A stretch of DNA of 49,261 nt from Candidatus Hydrogenedentota bacterium (GCA_034669905.1 JAXMOL010000055.1:1-49261), one strand, 5' to 3'; shown: positions 30,245-40,082, counted from the first letter of the stretch. Notes: generated by a model from the sequence alone, not told the origin. Numbers and translations are program-made.

Positions 30245-31438
30245 TTGTTTCGGGCAGGGGAGAGCTTGTTTTTCCGCTCGGTGCTTTGCCACAATCAGCC
30301 CGTTGCATCTTGGGCGTCCCCTGCAGGAAGGAAGCGGTCTTTGTCAGAAGGTACACGTTACTACGTTTGGCCGGTTGCGGATGAGCGCACGCTGACACTG
30401 GCCATGCTGTTATTGGTGGGCCTTTTCGTGGGGGCGGTCTTTCTGGAGCTCTACCGCCGCCGCCGGGATCGGACCCTCCGACTTCGGGCCGAATGGCGGG
30501 GTGTGAAAGATTTTTGCGATGAGCGGGAGCTGTTTCCGGAAGACTGGAAGTTTCTCCGCGCGATCCTGCTCCAGTACGCCCCGGACCATCCGTTCGCCGC
30601 TGTGACCAAGAAATCGGTGTTCGACGTCTGTATCAGCCGCTATATCCAGGCAATCACCACGACAGTTGACGGGGAAGAGTTGGAAGTACGGGGGGTTCGT
30701 CTTCGGGACATTCGCGTTCAGTTGGGCCTGGACTATGTGCCCCTGGGGCGCCGGATTCAGACAACCCGCTCCCTCCAGGATGGGCAAGCGCTCTGGGGAG
30801 CTCCTGCTGCAGGCGCAACGGTGGAGTGGTCCCATTTTACGGTGGTTCACGTACACGAGAGCGCCTTTACGGTGGCCCAGATCGATAGTGGCGCGCCGCC
30901 CCAATACCCCATCGATTCCCACGTGAAATTCCGTATGTGGCGAGAGGAAGATGCCCGCTATCTCTTCGAGGCGCAATTGGTGGGGATGGATCCGTCATCG
31001 AAAAGCTGGACCTTTCGCCACGCGGAAAGCCTGACCCGCAACCAGTCCCGGGCCTATTTTCGACTTCGTATCGAACAGACGGTGAATGTGGCGGTCTTGA
31101 ATGCATCGCTCACCGACGACTATGAGGGCGTTCTCGTTCGGGAGGCCGTTACCGAATTGCGCGGGCGGGTTACCAGTTTGAGTGGGGGCGGGATTGCCGT
31201 CGTATTCCAGCAACCGGTCCCGAAGCAGGTTCTGCTGCGTATTCCCTTGTCCATTCCAAGCCTCGGCGGAACCTTGAAAGTCATCGTTCGTCCTATCGCG
31301 TCCCACCAACTGAGTGGGGGGCGCAGTCTGCTTCGGGGGATGTTCGTGGCCATGAGCGACGAGACCCGGGAAGCCATCGCCCGCTACGTGTTTTCGAAAC
31401 AAAAGCTTCTCTCCAGCGCTGAGTCTGAAGATCACTGA
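30245..31438 (+). CDS. Membrane-anchored PilZ (YcgR/flagellar-brake-like) protein
   Basis: TM helix, RAYFR (RxxxR) and SLSGGG, C-terminal REAIARYVF; start uncertain (ATG 30404 possible). Confidence 0.72.
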   Translation: MFRAGESLFFRSVLCHNQPVASWASPAGRKRSLSEGTRYYVWPVADERTLTLAMLLLVGLFVGAVFLELYRRRRDRTLRLRAEWRGVKDFCDERELFPEDWKFLRAILLQYAPDHPFAAVTKKSVFDVCISRYIQAITTTVDGEELEVRGVRLRDIRVQLGLDYVPLGRRIQTTRSLQDGQALWGAPAAGATVEWSHFTVVHVHESAFTVAQIDSGAPPQYPIDSHVKFRMWREEDARYLFEAQLVGMDPSSKSWTFRHAESLTRNQSRAYFRLRIEQTVNVAVLNASLTDDYEGVLVREAVTELRGRVTSLSGGGIAVVFQQPVPKQVLLRIPLSIPSLGGTLKVIVRPIASHQLSGGRSLLRGMFVAMSDETREAIARYVFSKQKLLSSAESEDH

Positions 31439-31460
31439 ATTTGTCACGAGGTATCTGGTA

Positions 31461-32207
31461 GTGCAACTCTTATCCCAGGCGGAAGCCGCGCTCCTTCGTA
31501 ATTGGCGCGTTGTGTGCCTCTATATAGTGACCACCGTGGTGGTCGTTACGGTGTATGGCCTCGCCATGGATGCCATGACGGAAGCCGTTCCGGAAGAAAC
31601 ACGTCCCAAGCCCTTCTGGTATATTTACGCTTCGATCGGGTTGGATCTGGGGCAGGTCGGCATCATCGCCGCCTTGCAGGCCATTGCACTGGCGTACATT
31701 GGTCGTGAAATGGACCAGCCGCTGTGGAAATGTGCCCATTGGCAGGATGCCCTTAAGCGATTTTTTTCTTACTGGTTCATCGTCAATCTCATCTATGTTA
31801 CCTCGTCGAAGCTCTCCTTGTCGGTGCCCGATGCGATCGCTGCCGATTTCGGGGTCTTGATGTTCTTCTTTCGCTTCATGTTGACGCTGGTGGCAGTTCC
31901 CCTGGGGGCCTGTATCATGCATGGGGGAGGACTGCATTGGAAGGAAATCCCCGGCCTGCTCGCACCGTTCTTCCGCCTCTTCGACAAGACGCTGTTGGCG
32001 ATTGCCCTGGGTTTCCTCCAATACGTGATTCTCCTCAGTATTCTGGCCTTCGTGCCGGAGCAAGTCCTGAAATCCGTTTGGCTTTGGTCCTTTGTGAATG
32101 CCCCGCTTGCCCTGCTGGAGTGTCTCGCCTTTGCGGTCATGTGGCTCGTCTGTATGCAGTACCGGGAAGTGGCCTCCGAATTTGAGGACGATGACTTCGA
32201 CTTTTGA
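31461..32207 (+). CDS. Hypothetical multi-pass membrane protein
   Basis: About 6 hydrophobic segments, GAGGT RBS, acidic tail. Confidence 0.72.
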   Translation: MQLLSQAEAALLRNWRVVCLYIVTTVVVVTVYGLAMDAMTEAVPEETRPKPFWYIYASIGLDLGQVGIIAALQAIALAYIGREMDQPLWKCAHWQDALKRFFSYWFIVNLIYVTSSKLSLSVPDAIAADFGVLMFFFRFMLTLVAVPLGACIMHGGGLHWKEIPGLLAPFFRLFDKTLLAIALGFLQYVILLSILAFVPEQVLKSVWLWSFVNAPLALLECLAFAVMWLVCMQYREVASEFEDDDFDF

Positions 32208-32284
32208 CCCCCAGGGGCTAAAGTCGAAACAAGCGCCTCAGGCATCGTAGATGGCATACACCCGCGTATGATCTCTCCTGTCTC

Positions 32285-32326
32285 CCACGCGATGCCGAGT
32301 TCCACGAGGTTTCGTGTGCGCGGAGC
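32285..32326 (-). repeat. 42-bp dispersed repeat, copy 4
   Basis: Reverse complement GCTCCGCGCACACGAAACCTCGTGGAACTCGGCATCGCGTGG. Confidence 0.8.
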
Positions 32327-32494
32327 CCCCGTGACGTGGGACCCCAGCCCGTGACTTCCGCCGGGCGTCCTCAATCGCGGTGGGCGGGAGTGGCTTTTCG
32401 CAACACGCCGCTGCGGTGGAATAGAATCCTGCGGCGACCACCCTGGACGCGTCTGCAACCGAGTCCTGGTCGACCGTGCTCCCCAAAAAGCGAA

Positions 32495-32521
32495 ACGCGC
32501 CAGGCCCGGGGCCTGGCGCGT
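32495..32521 (-). terminator. Hairpin downstream of the pilin gene
   Basis: ACGCGCCAGGCC/GGCCTGGCGCGT stem followed by T-rich sequence on the minus strand. Confidence 0.65.
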
Positions 32522-32551
32522 AGTCACTAAAGGGGTATTCGGTCTCGGTGA

Positions 32552-32983
32552 TTATTCACCAATCGGGTTGCTGGTCGCGTCCGCATCGGCGCCGTCCGCG
32601 TAACGAATCACACCGCTGGAGTCGGTGAAGAATCCTTTGCCACCGGTCGTGCCGTAAGCGGCTGCGTTGGCGTTGGCCGTGAAGGCGTTGGCGTCACCGC
32701 CGAGTACGAAGTTGTAGCCACTCTTGGTGCCGCCCCAGTTACCATCGAGGAAGGAGGGGGTTGCGCCGGTCAGGTCGGCAAAGTCTGCCGTGTAGCTGTA
32801 GTTGGCGGCGTGGTAGGCCACTTCCGAGCCTACGATGGTGCGCAGGTTACCAATCGCACTGGACTCATTGGACTGCATCCGCGAACGAAGCAGGTTGGGG
32901 ATGGCGATAGCCGCGATAATCGCGATAATGGCGACAACAATCATTAATTCAATCAACGTGAAACCTTTGTTAGCTTTTTTCAT
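32552..32983 (-). CDS. Type IV major pilin-like protein
   Basis: KKANKG-FTLIELMIVVAIIAIIAAIAIPNLL class III signal; GGAGG RBS. Confidence 0.88.
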   Translation of the reverse strand: MKKANKGFTLIELMIVVAIIAIIAAIAIPNLLRSRMQSNESSAIGNLRTIVGSEVAYHAANYSYTADFADLTGATPSFLDGNWGGTKSGYNFVLGGDANAFTANANAAAYGTTGGKGFFTDSSGVIRYADGADADATSNPIGE

Positions 32984-33078
32984 GGCGAATCCTCCTGTGG
33001 ATCGGTTTGGTTCAAAATGCTCAAATGAGGGCCACACGGCCCGCATCGTACTTCGTTTCAACTGTTGAACACTATAAG

Positions 33079-33094
33079 GCAAGGGCCGTGCCAA
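33079..33094 (-). promoter_or_regulatory. sigma54 promoter of the pilin gene
   Basis: Minus strand TTGGCAC-GGCCC-TTGC (-24/-12 consensus). Confidence 0.8.
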
Positions 33095-33369
33095 GAATGA
33101 AAAGCAGCGGGGAGGGATGTGCTAAGAGATTGATAGGTATGTGGTTACACGTTGTGCGTCTTCCGGGGTGGCTTTGCAGGGGCCCGCTCTGTCGCTGCCT
33201 TGACGGACCCCAGGTGACAATAATTGTCACCGGGCGCGGTCATGTCGATGGGGTGAATCTGGTCTCGTCCCTCGAAAGCTGGTAATATGTGACACAAACC
33301 GGGAAAACTAAGCTTATCTATTGTCCCCATTCCGTATACGTGGGCGGTCCGGCCCTGCAGGAGTCCAAC

Positions 33370-34158
33370 ATGACCGAAATGGAATTTATTGGTCGGTTTC
33401 TCGAGTCCAACATCGACTATGCGCGCGACAAGTTTCGTGACCGGGATTCTGTGACGGTTACATCCAAGAAGAATGCGAGCGATCTACTGACGGAAGTAGA
33501 CCTGACCCTGCAGAAACGGGCGGTGGACCAGATTCGTGCGGCCTTTCCCGGCGACGAAATCGTGGCGGAGGAGGGGGAGTTTTCTAAACTGCCTGCCCAT
33601 CCCAACGCACGGTGTTGGGTGATGGATCCCATTGATGGAACCAATAACTTTGTGCGCGGGGTCTTTCCAGTATTTGCCATTTCCCTGGCCTTTGCCATCC
33701 ACGGGCGTACGGTAGCGGCTGGCATGGCGCTGCCGGGAAACGGCGATATTTATCTCGCGGAAGAAGGCAAGGGGGCTTTTCTCAACGGCGAGCGTCTGCT
33801 CGTATCCCAGGTGCAGGCGGTGGGAGAAGCCCGTTTGGATCTCGATTTTGGGGGCGTGGAAGATCGGGGCGCCTGGTTGGAGCGGGGAAAGGAGCTGATT
33901 AGCCAGGGCGGTCAGCTACGTTGCTACGGGTCCGCCGTGTCGGCCCTTGCACAGGTGGCCTCCGGAGATATGGATGCCTTCGTCCACATGACGCTGAACC
34001 CCTGGGACTATGCAGCCGGCATGCTTGTGGTTGAAGAGGCGGGCGGTATGTGCTCTCGGTTGGACGGCAAGCCCCTCCGTCTCTTTGATGGGAAGGCCGG
34101 CGTACTGATAAGCAACGGCGCCATCCACAAGGAAATCCTGCGACTTATTCGTCGCTAA
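33370..34158 (+). CDS. suhB: Inositol monophosphatase family protein (SuhB-like)
   Basis: AEE, WVMDPIDGTNNF, PWDYAAG. Confidence 0.88.
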   Translation: MTEMEFIGRFLESNIDYARDKFRDRDSVTVTSKKNASDLLTEVDLTLQKRAVDQIRAAFPGDEIVAEEGEFSKLPAHPNARCWVMDPIDGTNNFVRGVFPVFAISLAFAIHGRTVAAGMALPGNGDIYLAEEGKGAFLNGERLLVSQVQAVGEARLDLDFGGVEDRGAWLERGKELISQGGQLRCYGSAVSALAQVASGDMDAFVHMTLNPWDYAAGMLVVEEAGGMCSRLDGKPLRLFDGKAGVLISNGAIHKEILRLIRR

Positions 34159-34744
34159 GCGGGCGGGCGGCAAATACCCCCTCTTCGGTGACGACAAAAT
34201 CCACGGGGATATCGTGAGGCTCGATGGGGTAGCGGTGGGCAAAACATGCCGCGGGCGACAGGGCGAGGGTTGTCCCACGATGCCTTTGAAGAAAGCGGTC
34301 GTAGTAGCCTCCGCCAAAGCCAATACGGTGGCCATCGCTCCGAAAAAGCAGGCCGGGTACGATGCACAGGGCCGTTTCGGGCGGGACTGCCGCCTGATGG
34401 GGGCGGGCAGGCTCCAGTAAACCCCGTGGAGTTCGCACCAATTCCTCCCATTCACCCAGTGGTATCCACGTCATGACCCCGTGTGCCTGGGTTACAGGAA
34501 CGAACACCTGCTTTCCCGCAGCGTGTGCCGCCCCGATCAAGGGGCGCGTGTCCAATTCACCCGGCATGGCCCCCACATAGGTAAGCAGGGCCTCTGCCTT
34601 CACAAAGCAATCGCAGGAGAGCACGTGCTCCGAGATGGCTTTGCCGAGGCGGGTGAGCGTGGCGGCATCCCAGGTGCTGCGCAGGCTGCGGGCGTAGCGG
34701 CGCGCTTCGGATTTGTTCGTAAAGACTATCGGTGGGTTTTCCAT
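34145..34744 (-). CDS. 5-formyltetrahydrofolate cyclo-ligase (YgfA/Fau)
   Basis: KSEARR, VPGLLFRSDGHRIGFGGGYYDRFL, EPHDIPVDFVVTE. Confidence 0.93.
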   Translation of the reverse strand: MENPPIVFTNKSEARRYARSLRSTWDAATLTRLGKAISEHVLSCDCFVKAEALLTYVGAMPGELDTRPLIGAAHAAGKQVFVPVTQAHGVMTWIPLGEWEELVRTPRGLLEPARPHQAAVPPETALCIVPGLLFRSDGHRIGFGGGYYDRFLQRHRGTTLALSPAACFAHRYPIEPHDIPVDFVVTEEGVFAARPLSDE

Positions 34745-35034
34745 GCTTACTTGTACCGCAGGTCCTTCGAGGATCACAAGGGGCATTGGCTGGCGGGGTG
34801 TTCCGCACCGCAGCGTTATCGAGACCAGGCCAATTTTCGCCACGGAATTTTCCGTCCCCGCAACCCGGCATGCCACGCCCCATCGCTCACGAAAGCGCCC
34901 CGAGTTGTGAGGGCGGGCTACCCGGGTGGAAAAAACGTCCGGTCAAGGGGCAAGATGTGCAGCCTTTCCGAATCCCCGTCCGTGTTGTTTTCTTCGTCGC
35001 CCCGTATTTACAGGCCAATCGTAATGCCACCGGC

Positions 35035-35051
35035 TTGGCACAGGGCTTGCA
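35035..35051 (+). promoter_or_regulatory. sigma54 promoter of the flgF operon
   Basis: TTGGCAC-AGGGC-TTGCA. Confidence 0.8.
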
Positions 35052-35227
35052 TTGTCTTTTCGTCGATTTGAGTCCCATTGAATCGCATTTTATGAGTGGT
35101 TGGCCTTGCGCTACGGCATGTTACCCATTGGCATCCGGATCCGTCGCGGGATATACGCGCAGGCCACCTCGCAGACAATCGTCCCTGTGGACGTGTTTAT
35201 AAGGCAGCAAACGGAGGAGTACGCGGG

Positions 35228-35986
35228 ATGTTACCGGGACTGTACAATGCCGCCACCGGCATGATAGCGGTGGAACAGCGACAGGACATCATCGCCAACA
35301 ATCTGGCCAACGTGTCCACGCCCGGTTACAAGCGCATGCAGCCGGTGCAGCTCGGATTCTACGAAGTCTTCTCCCAGAAAATGATCCATCCCTTCCACTT
35401 CAATAAAGAGGCGGCCCCGGCGGGCGGGGTGAAGGGCGTCGAGTCCTTTACGAATCTCGCCATGGGTCCCGTGCGGGTCACGGAGGACCCGCTCAGCCTT
35501 GCCCTTCGCGGGCCCGGCTATATTGCGGTGGATACCCCCAATGGCGAGCGCTACACGCGGGCGGGTCAATTTACCGTTGACCAGGAGGGGCAGCTTTCCA
35601 CCCTGGACGGGCACAAAGTCGCCAGCGCAACGGGGGGCGGTATCGACGTGAACGGCGCGGAAATCGTCATTTCTCCGGAAGGGGTGGTGACGGTAGACGG
35701 CCAGATAACGGGGCAGGTCCGCCTCCGCGAATTTCAGGACCCCACCCGCCTGGAGCGGGAGGGCGACAATCTCTATCTGGCAAGCGAAGAAGTGTTTGCC
35801 CAGAGCGCCGAGGCAGGAGAGACCTATCTGGAGCAGGGTGCGGTGGAGCTTTCCAACGTGCAGCTTCCCATTGAAATGGGCAACATGATGCTCGGTCTCC
35901 GCGCCTACGAAGCCAATCAGAAAGTTATTCAGACCATTGATACGACGGTCGGTCGGCTTATCGACCAGGTGGGGTCTCCGTCTTAG
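35228..35986 (+). CDS. flgF: Flagellar basal-body rod protein FlgF
   Basis: ANNLANVSTPGYK, YTRAGQF, QGAVELSNV, RAYEANQK; GGAGGAG RBS. Confidence 0.88.
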   Translation: MLPGLYNAATGMIAVEQRQDIIANNLANVSTPGYKRMQPVQLGFYEVFSQKMIHPFHFNKEAAPAGGVKGVESFTNLAMGPVRVTEDPLSLALRGPGYIAVDTPNGERYTRAGQFTVDQEGQLSTLDGHKVASATGGGIDVNGAEIVISPEGVVTVDGQITGQVRLREFQDPTRLEREGDNLYLASEEVFAQSAEAGETYLEQGAVELSNVQLPIEMGNMMLGLRAYEANQKVIQTIDTTVGRLIDQVGSPS

Positions 35987-36012
35987 TATTCGGAACGTGA
36001 GGAGTTGATACC

Positions 36013-36804
36013 ATGATTCGTTCGTTGTTTACCGCATCGACGGGCATGATTGCCCAGCAGCTGAACATCGACACGATCGCCAATAACCTGGCGAACGTAA
36101 ACACCACCGGTTTCAAGAAGAGCCGGGTCAACTTCCAGGATCTGATTTACGAAACCATCAAGCCGGCAGGTGCCGAGACCTCCGCCGGGACCACGATTCC
36201 CGAGGGTATCCAGGTGGGCCACGGTGTGCGCCCATCTTCCATCGCGAAGTTGCATACCCAGGGGGCGGCCATTCAAACCGGCAATCCCTTTGATTTGCGT
36301 ATTGAAGGCGAAGGGTTTTTTCAGGTCACCCTGCCCGACGGCCGCACGGCCTATACCCGGGATGGTGCCTTCAAAGTAAACGCCGACGGTGAAGTCCTCA
36401 CCGCCGACGGGTATCCGATGGAGCCCGCCATCAATATTCCCAATGACTCCGAAGTCGTCTCCGTTGGACCTGACGGCACCGTTTCCGTGATCCAATCGGG
36501 CAACGACTCGGCGGTCGCCGTGGGCAATATTCAGATCGTCCGCTTCCCCAATCCGGCTGGTTTGGATGCCCGTTTGGGACGAAACCTTTTGCTGGAGAAC
36601 GAAGCCTCAGGTGCACCCGTTCCCGCGACACCGGGCCTGGACGGCCTCGGCACGATCTCGCAGGGCTTCCTGGAGAACTCCAATGTGCAGGTGGTGGAAG
36701 AAATCTTACAAATGATTATTGCGCAGCGGGCCTATGAGGCCAATTCGAAGGTCATTCAGACGGCCGACGAAATGCTGCAGACTGCCAACAACGTACGCCG
36801 CTAA
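36013..36804 (+). CDS. flgG: Flagellar basal-body rod protein FlgG
   Basis: MIRSLFTASTGM, ANNLANVNTTGFKKSR, QGFLENSNV, QRAYEANSKVI. Confidence 0.96.
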   Translation: MIRSLFTASTGMIAQQLNIDTIANNLANVNTTGFKKSRVNFQDLIYETIKPAGAETSAGTTIPEGIQVGHGVRPSSIAKLHTQGAAIQTGNPFDLRIEGEGFFQVTLPDGRTAYTRDGAFKVNADGEVLTADGYPMEPAINIPNDSEVVSVGPDGTVSVIQSGNDSAVAVGNIQIVRFPNPAGLDARLGRNLLLENEASGAPVPATPGLDGLGTISQGFLENSNVQVVEEILQMIIAQRAYEANSKVIQTADEMLQTANNVRR

Positions 36805-36828
36805 TAGCGGGCTGCGCCAGAAGGAGGA

Positions 36829-37788
36829 ATGATGTATCGCCTGATTCTATGCCGTAGCGCCATCGCTGTTATGACCTTGGTCTCCATGCCCCTGGTCTGG
36901 GCCGACGATGTACTCCAGCTGAAGGAAGAAGTATTCATTAAAGGCCCCAAGGTATTTCTGGGTGACCTGGTGGAGGTGGAGGAAAGTCCCCTCTCCGAGC
37001 GGCTGGCCAATGTGGAAATTTCTGCGGCTGCCCGGCCCGGTGATTCGAGAAACCTGCACGCCAGTATGGTGGAAGCCCGGCTGCGCAACGCCGGGATGGA
37101 CTCCGTTTCCATCACCGGATCGCCCCGGGTGCGGGCCACCACCATGCACATCGATATTTCCCGTGAAATGCTCGTGGCTTCTCTTCAGGACCACATCGAG
37201 ATGGAAATGCCCTGGGATCCGGCCATTACCGAGGTGGACATCACCCGGCCGGCAAGCGACATCGTGGCCCCCGAAGGCGACATGGAAATTCGCTGGCGCT
37301 CGAATCCCGAATATCGCTACTCGGGCTCCGGGGCCTTTCGGGGCGATGTGCTCATTGATGGCGCCCTCTATCGTTCGGTGACCATGCGCGCCAACGTGGA
37401 ATCCTATCAGGAGATCGTGGTGGCTGCGACGGATATACCCCGTGGTCGCCCGGTCATGCCCGCCCATTTGGAGCTTCAGATGATGGCCATCTCCAAAGCA
37501 CCAAGCGGTGCCTTTACGCGCATCGAAGAGGCCGTAGGTCAGCTTGCCCGCAAGACGATTTTCCCGGGACAGCCCGTCACTTCGCGGAGTGTGGAAGCGA
37601 AGCGGGTGGTGCGCCGGAATCAGATGGTGCCCGTCGAAATTACCAACGGCTCCATTCACATTCAACACCGCGCCCGCGCCATGATGGACGGTCGCGCCGG
37701 GGACTTAATCGTATGTGCCAACCCAAGCACCAAGGAAGAATTCCAGGGCGTCGTGCGCGCCGATGGTGTCGTGGAGGTTATCCAATGA
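36829..37788 (+). CDS. flgA: Flagellar P-ring formation chaperone FlgA
   Basis: Signal peptide, SAF domain VVAATDIPRG, VRRNQMV, GRAGDLI. Confidence 0.88.
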   Translation: MMYRLILCRSAIAVMTLVSMPLVWADDVLQLKEEVFIKGPKVFLGDLVEVEESPLSERLANVEISAAARPGDSRNLHASMVEARLRNAGMDSVSITGSPRVRATTMHIDISREMLVASLQDHIEMEMPWDPAITEVDITRPASDIVAPEGDMEIRWRSNPEYRYSGSGAFRGDVLIDGALYRSVTMRANVESYQEIVVAATDIPRGRPVMPAHLELQMMAISKAPSGAFTRIEEAVGQLARKTIFPGQPVTSRSVEAKRVVRRNQMVPVEITNGSIHIQHRARAMMDGRAGDLIVCANPSTKEEFQGVVRADGVVEVIQ

Positions 37789-38429
37789 AAAGCCCTATGC
37801 CCACCATGATCGTAGTGGTGTTCGTCTGTCTGCTTCAATTGCCTCTTGCAGCAGATTCCCTGTTTTCGCAACGTGTTGCCAAAACAGGTACGTTGGTGAC
37901 GGAGAAACTGAACCGCTATCAGCCGGGCGACATCATTACGGTCCTGGTACGAGAGACGTTGGATGCCCGCACCAGCGCCGAGACCAACACGACCAAAGAG
38001 AGTGATGTGGGAGCGACCGCCCCGGCGGCTTCCAACCCCTTTCTCGTCGGTGCCAAGCCCAATGGCAATAATATTCTGAATCCCGGTGAACTGCCCAATT
38101 GGCAGATACAGGGGGAGAATGAAACCAAGAACGACGGGGATACCATTCGCAAAAACACGCTCACAACGTCTATTACGTGTACCGTGGTGGAGGCCCTGCC
38201 CAATGGCAACCTCCGAATCGAAGGCGAGAAGCAGGTCACGGTAAACCGTGAAGATTCGACCATCCAGCTTTCGGGTACCATTCGCGCCAAAGACATCACA
38301 CCAGAAAACACCATCCAGTCCACCCAGGTCGCGGGGGTAAATGTCCGTGTGAAGGGTAAAGGGCCGCTCTGGAACAACCAGCGTCGCGGTCTGGTGACGA
38401 AATTTCTTGACTGGTTCTCACCGTTTTAG
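37785..38429 (+). CDS. flgH: Flagellar L-ring protein FlgH
   Basis: GDIITVLVRE, VVEALPNGNLRIEGEK, SGTIRAKDITPENTIQS; ATGA overlap with flgA. Confidence 0.92.
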   Translation: MKSPMPTMIVVVFVCLLQLPLAADSLFSQRVAKTGTLVTEKLNRYQPGDIITVLVRETLDARTSAETNTTKESDVGATAPAASNPFLVGAKPNGNNILNPGELPNWQIQGENETKNDGDTIRKNTLTTSITCTVVEALPNGNLRIEGEKQVTVNREDSTIQLSGTIRAKDITPENTIQSTQVAGVNVRVKGKGPLWNNQRRGLVTKFLDWFSPF

Positions 38430-38441
38430 GGGAGTGGCACT

Positions 38442-39560
38442 ATGAATCACCCAATTAGAACGTCTTACATGAACGGCCTGGCCCTGATCTTTGTGGCCGG
38501 GTTGTGCTCGTCCGCCTGGTCGGCCAGTTCGATCCGTGATCTCTGTGATGTGCAAGGTGCCCGGGAAAACCGGATAACCGGTGTGGGTATTGTCGTCGGT
38601 CTCATGGGTACCGGTGATGGGGCCGCGGCCTCGATCGAAGCCCAGAAGAATGTGCTGGAACGCTATGGTATCGATATCAAAGACCTGGGATCACTGAGCT
38701 CCAAAAACATTGCCATCTGCATGGTCGACGCCGTGTTGCCGCCCTTCTCAAAGGAAGGCACGACAATTGACGTGAATGTGGAATCTATCCTGGATGCCAA
38801 GTCCCTGGAAGGTGGACAACTGCTGGAAACCTACCTGCGCGGTCCGGGGCCTGGTGACACCGTGTATGCGGTCGCCAGTGGTCCCGTCTCCCTGGGCGGT
38901 TTCAATGCCGATACTTCTGCTGGCACCTCGGTGCGAAGCAACCACCCCACGGCCGGTCGTATCGCCGGTGGCGCCATGATTGAACAGGAAGTCCCCGCGT
39001 CCATCACCGACGGCGAGCGGCTCACCTTATTGGTTCGTCGACCCAGCTTTGAGGCGGCCAACGAGATTTCTCAGGCGCTGGATGTAGCCTATGGCCCGAA
39101 CACGGCAACGGCCCTGTCGGGTGGGGCCGTGCAGGTGCGAATTCCCCGTGAAAAACAACAGGATCTGGTGGCCTTCATTGCCGAGTTGAATAAACTGAAG
39201 GTCGATGTGGAACAGCCCGCGGTCGTCGTCATTAATGAGCGCACCGGCACCATTGTGGTGGGGGGGGGTGTGATGATAAAGCCCTGCCAGGTGGCCCATG
39301 GAAGTCTGACGGTGGAAATTTCCACGACCGAGACGGCCGTGCCTGCGCTGCCCTTCACCGACGCCGATCCCCTCGTGGTGGAGAATGAAGAACTCGAGGT
39401 GACCGAACCGGAAGTTTCCCTGATGCCGGTCGAAGGGACCTCGGCCGCCGAAGTGGCCCGTTCCCTGAACATGCTGCGCCTCACCCCGAGAGATATGATT
39501 GCTATTTTCCAAGCACTCCATGCCGCAGGCGCCCTGGAAGCGGAAATAAAGAAGATCTAG
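38442..39560 (+). CDS. flgI: Flagellar P-ring protein FlgI
   Basis: GVGIVVGLMGTGD, AKSLEGG, VVINERTGTIVVG, AGALEAEI. Confidence 0.95.
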   Translation: MNHPIRTSYMNGLALIFVAGLCSSAWSASSIRDLCDVQGARENRITGVGIVVGLMGTGDGAAASIEAQKNVLERYGIDIKDLGSLSSKNIAICMVDAVLPPFSKEGTTIDVNVESILDAKSLEGGQLLETYLRGPGPGDTVYAVASGPVSLGGFNADTSAGTSVRSNHPTAGRIAGGAMIEQEVPASITDGERLTLLVRRPSFEAANEISQALDVAYGPNTATALSGGAVQVRIPREKQQDLVAFIAELNKLKVDVEQPAVVVINERTGTIVVGGGVMIKPCQVAHGSLTVEISTTETAVPALPFTDADPLVVENEELEVTEPEVSLMPVEGTSAAEVARSLNMLRLTPRDMIAIFQALHAAGALEAEIKKI

Positions 39561-40079
39561 ATGCTCTATGTAAACCCACAGACCGCCCACTCGTTTCAGC
39601 AAGGCGATATAAAACCCGGCGCGAAAGCCCGGGACGCGGAAGTGTTGCGGGAGTATGAGCAACTCTTCATCTATCAGATGCTGAAAGAAATGCGTAAGAC
39701 CGTTCCGGACTACGGCGTCGTAGACGGTCCGCAACAGGACCACTTCCACGAGATGATGGACGATTTTCTTGCGGGCGAGATGGCCCGATCCGGTCAGTTT
39801 GGGATTGCCGCACAATTAGAGGCGCAGATCGCCATACAAGAGGCCGGGGTGGCGTCCACGGCGACCTTCAGCGAAGGTATTTCCCTCCAGAAGTCGGCGC
39901 CGGCTCTTCCATTGAAGCAAGATGCGCCCGGGGGGATTCCGCTCCGGGGTGCGCCCCGCGGTTATTCCTTGCCCCGCCCGGAGGAGGGGATCTCCCTGGT
40001 GCCCGCGGCCAATGCGAAGGCCGTGGCCCACTATGAACAGCATGCTGGCGTGGTGCCCCCGGTTGCCGCGCAGGATTAG
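39561..40079 (+). CDS. flgJ: FlgJ-like rod-binding protein (no muramidase domain)
   Basis: EYEQLFIYQMLKEMRKTVP..EMMDDFLAGEMARSGQFGIA. Confidence 0.8.
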   Translation: MLYVNPQTAHSFQQGDIKPGAKARDAEVLREYEQLFIYQMLKEMRKTVPDYGVVDGPQQDHFHEMMDDFLAGEMARSGQFGIAAQLEAQIAIQEAGVASTATFSEGISLQKSAPALPLKQDAPGGIPLRGAPRGYSLPRPEEGISLVPAANAKAVAHYEQHAGVVPPVAAQD

Positions 40080-40082
40080 GTA

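Noticed and set aside
35060..35227. c-di-GMP riboswitch in the flgF (or pilin) leader
   Set aside because: No GEMM-type stem, tetraloop and receptor pattern found by eye
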